NCBI GenBank assembly: GCA_963782055.1
Contig: CAWAIF010000003.1
Span: 3,168,001-3,232,000, forward strand
From: an uncultured delta proteobacterium
GTDB taxonomy: Bacteria > Myxococcota_A > Polyangia > Polyangiales > Polyangiaceae
DNA: 64,000 nt
Direction of reading: 5' to 3'
Notes under the pieces: model-generated
Databases searched by the model: none
What the model was told of the DNA's origin: nothing
The model's input: the letters and a program-made list of their open reading frames with translations, nothing else
In this document: one piece after another, positions 58,133-64,000 of the stretch
Layout of the letters: every line of letters begins with the position of its first letter
Numbering within the stretch: the first letter of the stretch is position 1
Program-made: the position numbers and the translations under genes

Positions 58133-59478
58133 TGCGCGCGCGCCTCGCCGCCGTCGCCGTCGTGGCCGCCGGGTTGCTCGCGCCGCGCGCCGCGCGGGCC
58201 AACCCGCTCGACACCTTCGGCTTCGGCTCGCGCGAGACCGCCATGGGCGGCGCGGTCTCCGCCGACGTCCACGATTTCTCCGCGGGCTACTACAACCCGG
58301 CGGGCCTGGCGCACTCGCCCTTCGAGATCGCCATCGGCTACTTCCGTGCGGTCCACGACCTGCGCACCAACGGCAAGAACAACAACGTGGACCCCGTCGC
58401 CGGGCTGAGCGGCGGGCTCGTCGTGCCGGGCAAGGTGCTGGGCTTTCCGGTGGCCTTCGGTCTGGCGCTCCACCTGCCCGACGACCGCATCTCCCGCGTG
58501 CGCGCCCTGCGTCAGGAGGAGCCGCGCTGGGAGCTCTACGACAACCGCAACCAGCGCCTGTACCTCGCCGCCAACGTCGCCATCAGCCCGTGGCCGTGGC
58601 TGGAGGTGGGCGGCGGCGTCTGCTTCATGTCGGCAACCGAGGGGCGGCTGGACATCACCGGGGAGGCCAACCTGCTGAACGTCTCGCAGTCGGAGCTGCG
58701 TCACGAGGTGAGCGCCGACCTGACGGCCGTGCGCTACCCGCAGCTGGGCGTGCGGGTGAAGGTCGGGCGGCGTGCGGCGCTCGCCCTGGTCTATCGCGGC
58801 CAGTTCTCCCTCGACCTGGACCTCTCCGCGCGCCTGCAGGGCGACATCAGCCTCGGCGCCCAGCCGCTCACGTCTGCGTACTACGCGCTGCAGGAGCACA
58901 GCGTGGACGCCTTCCTGCCGCAGCAGGTGGTGCTCGGCAGCTCCTTCGAGCTGACGCCGGCCCTGCACGCCAACCTGGATCTGACCTGGATCAACTGGAG
59001 CGCGTACGAGTCGCCGGTGGCGGACCTCAAGGTGAATCTGGACATCCCGCCGCCCGCCGGCGGGTGGCCGGCGGGGATCACCCCGCCCACGGTGCCCGCG
59101 CCGACGCAGCTCGTGCCGCTGGTGCTGCACGACCGCATCGTGCCGCACCTGGGCGTGGAGTGGCGCGCGGTGCGCGTCGGCAAGTGGGACGGCCTGGTGC
59201 GCGCCGGCTACGAGTTCCAGAAGTCACCCATCGAGCCGCAGACGGGCGTGACCAACTACATCGACCGCGACCGCCACTCCGTCTCGCTCGGGCTGGGCGT
59301 GCGCGTCGCGTCCCCCGCCGCCGTCCTCCCCGGTGACGTGCGCCTGGATCTCCACGCGCAGCTCAGCATCCTGCCGGAGGAGGTGACCGCCAAGGCGGAC
59401 CCGGCGGACCTGGTCGGCGACTACACCGCCGGCGGCTTCATCTGGAACCTCGGCACCACGCTCTCGGTGGGGTTCTGA
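58132..59478 (+). CDS. FadL/OmpP1-like outer-membrane transporter (second paralog)
   Basis: FGFGSRETAMGGA...YYNPAGL, VRAGYEF and C-terminal LSVGF. TGATG coupling. Confidence 0.8.
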   Translation: MRARLAAVAVVAAGLLAPRAARANPLDTFGFGSRETAMGGAVSADVHDFSAGYYNPAGLAHSPFEIAIGYFRAVHDLRTNGKNNNVDPVAGLSGGLVVPGKVLGFPVAFGLALHLPDDRISRVRALRQEEPRWELYDNRNQRLYLAANVAISPWPWLEVGGGVCFMSATEGRLDITGEANLLNVSQSELRHEVSADLTAVRYPQLGVRVKVGRRAALALVYRGQFSLDLDLSARLQGDISLGAQPLTSAYYALQEHSVDAFLPQQVVLGSSFELTPALHANLDLTWINWSAYESPVADLKVNLDIPPPAGGWPAGITPPTVPAPTQLVPLVLHDRIVPHLGVEWRAVRVGKWDGLVRAGYEFQKSPIEPQTGVTNYIDRDRHSVSLGLGVRVASPAAVLPGDVRLDLHAQLSILPEEVTAKADPADLVGDYTAGGFIWNLGTTLSVGF

Positions 59479-60578
59479 TGCGCTCGCTTCGCGGCTCTCC
59501 GCTCCTGCTCCTCCTCGCGCTCGGCGCGTGCTCCACCCTCGGCACCGTCAGCGCGGGCGACCAGAACCTCCCCACCGCCGGCGTGGGCCCGTTCCGCGTC
59601 CTCGCCCCCACCGAGATGCAGGGCGTGCCGCCGTACGTGATGGACGACAAGCCGCGGACCTTCCGCGAGCCGGCCGCGCTGCCCCTCGGCGACGGCGAGA
59701 CCGACGTGGCGCTGTACCTCGTCTCGCAGGAGGACTCCGGCGGGACGAAGCACGGTGCCATCGTGCGCACGCGCGCCGATGACGCGCGCAGCTTCTACGG
59801 GGCCACGCAGGACGTCGGGCATCACCCGCAGGTGGTGCTGACGGCGGACCAGCCGTGGGAGGGCGCCGACCTCTCCGGCCCGAGCGCCCTGCGCGTCGGC
59901 GACGAGGTGCTCCTGTACTACGCGGGCTCCGGCGGCGTGGGTCTGGCCCGCTCCCCCGACGGCCTCGCCTTCACCAAGGTCGCCGGCCCGGTGCTACCCG
60001 GCGACGCGGGGGGCGCCATCTCCGGCCCGAGCGTCGCGCAGGTGCCCGACGGCACCTTCCGCATGCTCTTCACGCAGGGCGACTCCATCTACGAGGCGCA
60101 GAGCCCGGACGGCGTCGCCTGGACGCGCGTGGACGCCGACCCCTCCACGCCGGCGATGGACGCCGTGCTCGGGCCGGCGGCGGCGCCCACCGACCTGGCG
60201 CCGGGGGAGAAGCCGCCCTTCGACACGCTGCGCGTGGCCGACCCGTGCCTCGTCCCGCGCACCACGCCGGCCGGGCGCCTGCATTTCCGTGTACTCTACA
60301 CGGGGTATGCGGCGGCCGGGGACGGCGGCGCGCCGACGTCGGCGATAGGCTTCGCCGCGCGCTACGGCCTCAGCGGTCGCCTCTCGCGCCAGCGCCTGGC
60401 CGTCTACTCGCAGGACCTGCACGAGGCGGGGCCGGCGCTCTTCGAGTGGTCGGGCGGCTCGCTCCTCTACGTGCACCAGGACCGCAAGGGCGACACCGGC
60501 TACACCGCCATCGCCGCGGCGTTCGCGCCGGCGACCTCCACCTTGCCGGCGCCCTCGGACTTCGCGACGAGCCCGTGA
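59478..60578 (+). CDS. Lipoprotein with five-bladed beta-propeller-like (glycoside hydrolase-like) repeats
   Basis: Lipobox LGAC. Repeated P-S/A...LYY/MLF...SPDG blades and ADPC...VLYTG. Confidence 0.62.
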   Translation: MRSLRGSPLLLLLALGACSTLGTVSAGDQNLPTAGVGPFRVLAPTEMQGVPPYVMDDKPRTFREPAALPLGDGETDVALYLVSQEDSGGTKHGAIVRTRADDARSFYGATQDVGHHPQVVLTADQPWEGADLSGPSALRVGDEVLLYYAGSGGVGLARSPDGLAFTKVAGPVLPGDAGGAISGPSVAQVPDGTFRMLFTQGDSIYEAQSPDGVAWTRVDADPSTPAMDAVLGPAAAPTDLAPGEKPPFDTLRVADPCLVPRTTPAGRLHFRVLYTGYAAAGDGGAPTSAIGFAARYGLSGRLSRQRLAVYSQDLHEAGPALFEWSGGSLLYVHQDRKGDTGYTAIAAAFAPATSTLPAPSDFATSP

Positions 60579-61375
60579 CGACCTTCGAGTGGGTGTGCGT
60601 CTCGGTGGCGGCCGGCTTCGGCTTCGGCGTGCTCGGCTTCACCCTGGTCACCTACGCCGTCGCGCGGAGCCACCACGAGCCGCGCCCGCTGCGATCCGCG
60701 CTGGGCAACGTCGCGCGGGAGGTGCTCCTCACGGTGGTGATGCAGCCGCTGTTGCCCCTGTACTTCCTCCTCGGCCGGCGGATGGGCGGAGCGGGCGGCG
60801 TCCCGATCATCCTGGTGCACGGTTACCTGCAGAACCGCGTGGACTTCCTCTACCTCGCCCGCGTGCTGCGCCGGCGCGGCCTCGGGCCGCTGTACGGGTT
60901 CAACTACTGGTCGCTGGGGCGCATCGAGAAGAGCGCCGAGCGGCTCGGCCGCTTCGCCGACAGGGCGTGCGAGGAGACGGGCGCGGCGCGCGTGGACCTG
61001 GTGTGCCACTCGCTGGGCGGGCTGGTCGGGGTGGAGCTCGCGCGCGCGCGCCCGGAGCGGGTCCGGCGGCTGGCGACCCTCGCCTCGCCGCACGCGGGCA
61101 TCGCGTGGCCTGGCCCGGTGCCGGGCGACGTGGGCCGCCAGATGAAGCGCGGCGCCCGCTTCCTCGCCGAGCGCGCCAGCGTGCCGGCGCCGGTGCCCAT
61201 CCTGTCCGTGTATTCTACACATGACAACGTGGTCTACCCGGCGCGCACCTCCTCGCGCGCGGGCGTCGGCGGCACGGACCTCGTCGTGGCTGGTGTGGGC
61301 CACTACGGCATCCTCTTCGATCGCGTCGCGGCCAACGCGGTCGCAGATTTTCTGAGCGAGCTTGGCGGGGCTTGA
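60575..61375 (+). CDS. Membrane-anchored alpha/beta hydrolase (lipase/esterase)
   Basis: N-terminal TM helices, ILVHGY, CHSLGG, LASPHAG, DNVV and GH. GTGA coupling. Confidence 0.85.
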   Translation: MTTFEWVCVSVAAGFGFGVLGFTLVTYAVARSHHEPRPLRSALGNVAREVLLTVVMQPLLPLYFLLGRRMGGAGGVPIILVHGYLQNRVDFLYLARVLRRRGLGPLYGFNYWSLGRIEKSAERLGRFADRACEETGAARVDLVCHSLGGLVGVELARARPERVRRLATLASPHAGIAWPGPVPGDVGRQMKRGARFLAERASVPAPVPILSVYSTHDNVVYPARTSSRAGVGGTDLVVAGVGHYGILFDRVAANAVADFLSELGGA

Positions 61376-61390
61376 GGTAGCTTCGGGGCG

Positions 61391-62419
61391 ATGGACTACA
61401 TGGCAGGGCTCGTCATGGGGGTGCTCTGCGTGGCCCCCATCGTGCTCTGCTACGCCTTCCTCATCCGGTGGGTGGACCGCTTCGAGCCCGAGCCCTGGTG
61501 GCTGCTCGGCTGCGCCTTCGTGTGGGGCGCGCTCTTCGCCACCTTCGGCGGCGGCATCTCCAGCGCCATCGGGGAGGGCGTCGCCATGGGCGTCACCGGC
61601 GCGCCCTCGACGGACCCGCAGATCCAGGCCTTCGGGGCGACGGTGCTGGCGCCCGTCTTCGAGGAGGGCTTCAAGGGCCTCGGCGTGGCGATCATCGCCG
61701 CCGCGAGCGGCCTGGGGCTGAAGGAGCTGGACGGCCCGCTGGACGGCGTCATCTACGGCGGCATGGTGGGGCTGGGCTTCACCCTGACGGAGGACACCCT
61801 CTACGTCGCCGACGCCTACGCCCGGAGCGGCGTCGGCGGGTTCGTGTCGCTGGTCTTTTTGCGCACCGTGATGCTCGGCCTCTCGCACTGCACCTTCACC
61901 GCCTGCACCGGCCTGGGCTTCGGCATCGCGGCGGAGTCGCGCAGCGGCGTGGTCAAGGTCTTCGCGCCGCTGGGCGGCTACTGCGTGGCCATGGCCATGC
62001 ACGCCATGCACAACGCGCTGCCCACCTTCCTCGGTGGGGAGGGCACCGCGCTGATGGTGCTCATCACCTGGTTCATCGACTTCCTCTTCTTCGCCATGCT
62101 GGCGGCGCTGGTGGTGCGCGACCGCGCCATCGTCATCCGCGAGCTCGCGCCGGAGGTGGGGGCGCTGCTGCACCCGATGGAGCTGCGCCTCATCACCACC
62201 TACGTGACGATCGGCTGGCGCAACTGGTCCAGCTTCCTCTCCCGCGGGTGGACGTACTTCCGGCAGCGCCGCAAGAAGCAGCTCGCCCTGGTGGAGATCG
62301 CCTTCCTCAAGAGCCGCCGGCGGCGCGGCGAGTACGGCCGCGGCCTGGACCTGAAGGAGGCGCGCCTCCGCTACGAGGTGGCCACGCTCAACCAGCGCGG
62401 CGTGTGGATCGGCGACTAG
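61391..62419 (+). CDS. PrsW-family intramembrane glutamic/metalloprotease
   Basis: DRFEPEP, PVFEEGFK, GFTLTED, H...F and HAMHN motifs. Confidence 0.88.
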   Translation: MDYMAGLVMGVLCVAPIVLCYAFLIRWVDRFEPEPWWLLGCAFVWGALFATFGGGISSAIGEGVAMGVTGAPSTDPQIQAFGATVLAPVFEEGFKGLGVAIIAAASGLGLKELDGPLDGVIYGGMVGLGFTLTEDTLYVADAYARSGVGGFVSLVFLRTVMLGLSHCTFTACTGLGFGIAAESRSGVVKVFAPLGGYCVAMAMHAMHNALPTFLGGEGTALMVLITWFIDFLFFAMLAALVVRDRAIVIRELAPEVGALLHPMELRLITTYVTIGWRNWSSFLSRGWTYFRQRRKKQLALVEIAFLKSRRRRGEYGRGLDLKEARLRYEVATLNQRGVWIGD

Positions 62420-62491
62420 ATGAGCGGTCGCGGTTCGCGCACGCTGATCTAGCCGCATCCACGGGGAGGCGCGTGCCGCCCCTGCGACGTC

Positions 62492-64000
62492 TCAATGCGC
62501 GAGGCTGATCGTGCTCTTGCCCATCAGGCTGCTCACCACGATGCGCGCGTACTGGCTCGGCTCCTCCGGGACCAGCAGGTAGCCGCCGGGGATGTGGTCG
62601 TACTCGTAGTAGAAGCCGGTCACCTGGCGCAGAGTGCTCCCGTCGGCGGCGAGGTACTTCACCGTGTGCTCCTCGCCGAAGAGCTTGGAGGTCACCGTCA
62701 TCGTCTGTCCGAAGGAGAGGGTGCCGTCCCCCTGCACCCGCACGAAGCGGTACTTCTGCGGCGCGTCCAGGCTGTGCGGGAAGAGCATGTCCGTCCCGTT
62801 GACGTACTGGATGCGCGTGAAGAGCGCCTTGTAGTTGTAGTCGCTGATCCAGTCCGGCTGGCAGTAGCCCATCATGTCGTGGGCCTTGGACGGGTCGATC
62901 AGCGAGCCGGAGTTGATGTCGTAGCCCCACACGCCGATACCGCCGTTGCTGTAGGGGAAGCTGGGGTCGACGCCGCTCGCGCCGCCGCAGGGCGCGTGAG
63001 AGCGGCCGTGCGCGTGGCCGACCTCGTGCGCCATCGTGTAGCCGGTGGCCTGCGAGATGCCGCCGCCGCCGGCGTACAGCAGGCCGATGCTCACGCGCGC
63101 CCAGGTGTCCGTCGGCTTGGTGGCGAGCGAGCTCAGGCCGGCGACGCACCCGCCGCCGCAGTAGTTCTGGAAGGAGGAGGAGGGGGCGAAGCCGCCGTAG
63201 TAGTAGACGTCCGCGGCCGGGTTGTCGTTCTGGCGCTTCTGCAGCATCGCGTTGAGGAGCGAGTCCCAGCCGGAGCCGTTCGCCGCGGGGATGCTGCCGC
63301 CGTAGCTGACGGGCGAGGCCACGGTGATCTGCACGTCGGGGATGGGGTACAGGCCGAGGAGGACCTTGCGGAACGCCTGGATGGCGCTCGACGAGGTGTC
63401 GGGGGTCAGGCCGTTGGAGAGCTTGATGGGGAACAGCTCGATCTTGAGCTGCGATCCGGCGTCCTTGACCTCCAGCGACTCGAAGCTGTAGTCCGCCGGG
63501 TACACCGCGTTGGGGTCCCCAGCCTGGTTGGGATCCCCGGACGGATCCTGGATGAGGACCTGGAACTTGGTGTCCGTCTGGAAGTCCTCGGCGTTCACGC
63601 CGAAGTTGAGCGTGGAGGCGAGGGCGGCGTCGGTGGACGCGGCCGAGGGCGTCACCGTGGCGCTGTAGTCCTTGGTGTTGCCGCCGGTGGTGAGCCGCAG
63701 GTACCCGTGGACCTGGTGGGGCGACCACGTGTTGTCCGGCTTGAGGAAGACGCGCACCAGGCCGGGGCGGTTGGCGATGAGCGGCGCGTTCTTGGCGATG
63801 TGCGCGCCGTTCTTCACCACCGTGACCTTCACGCCCTGGTAGACGGCGATGTCGGTGATGGCGAGGCCCTCGACGATCGGCGTGCCTTGCTGCGGGCCAC
63901 CGGAGTCCGCCTGGGTGCCGCCGTCGTCGGCGGCCGTGGCGTCGTCGCCGCCTCCGCCTCCGCCGTCACCGTTGGTGCCGAAACCGTTGCCGTCGGTGCC
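62492..64000 (-). CDS. Secreted Zn metalloprotease (M66/metzincin-like); 5'-truncated by the window edge
   Basis: AHEVGHAHGRSH, WGYD and DMMGYC (Met-turn), WISDYNY. Frame open to 64000. Confidence 0.8.
   Translation of the reverse strand, partial: GTDGNGFGTNGDGGGGGGDDATAADDGGTQADSGGPQQGTPIVEGLAITDIAVYQGVKVTVVKNGAHIAKNAPLIANRPGLVRVFLKPDNTWSPHQVHGYLRLTTGGNTKDYSATVTPSAASTDAALASTLNFGVNAEDFQTDTKFQVLIQDPSGDPNQAGDPNAVYPADYSFESLEVKDAGSQLKIELFPIKLSNGLTPDTSSSAIQAFRKVLLGLYPIPDVQITVASPVSYGGSIPAANGSGWDSLLNAMLQKRQNDNPAADVYYYGGFAPSSSFQNYCGGGCVAGLSSLATKPTDTWARVSIGLLYAGGGGISQATGYTMAHEVGHAHGRSHAPCGGASGVDPSFPYSNGGIGVWGYDINSGSLIDPSKAHDMMGYCQPDWISDYNYKALFTRIQYVNGTDMLFPHSLDAPQKYRFVRVQGDGTLSFGQTMTVTSKLFGEEHTVKYLAADGSTLRQVTGFYYEYDHIPGGYLLVPEEPSQYARIVVSSLMGKSTISLAH

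Overview
Very GC-rich, gene-dense chromosomal window, most likely from a Myxococcota (Polyangia/Labilithrix-like) bacterium. That taxonomy is inferred from the MglA-type GTPase, the PEGA/TPR proteins and the Cys-rich and DAG-rich lipoproteins. It is mostly housekeeping and envelope genes: methylmalonyl-CoA mutase (partial), ftsB-like, gatB, thrB, bcp, thiL, class II nrdJ, an M16 peptidase pair, hemW, rel, trmFO, upp, plsB, mce, proA, rsfS, tatBC, rlmN-like, two FadL-like barrels, a lipase, prsW and an M66-like protease. I saw no rRNA, tRNA or CRISPR array. The standout is a complete group II intron (1263-3299) inserted directly after the ATG of a HEAT-repeat gene. Its probable EBS1 loop reads CAUG. 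It ends non-canonically in AUG, with a matching CGA (instead of RGA) J2/3. Domain VI carries an AGGAT-N6-ATG copy of the host ribosome-binding site, and the RT ORF is in frame with the host start codon. This looks like a start-codon-targeting, translation-preserving retroelement. Other points: a C-rich/G-rich mirror repeat between convergent genes, tandem NrdR-like boxes, an M48-dynamin operon, an MglA-like GTPase coupled to a PocR kinase, histone-H1-like tails on several proteins, and two +1 frameshifts that may be sequencing errors. All family assignments come from motif recognition by eye; no searches were run.
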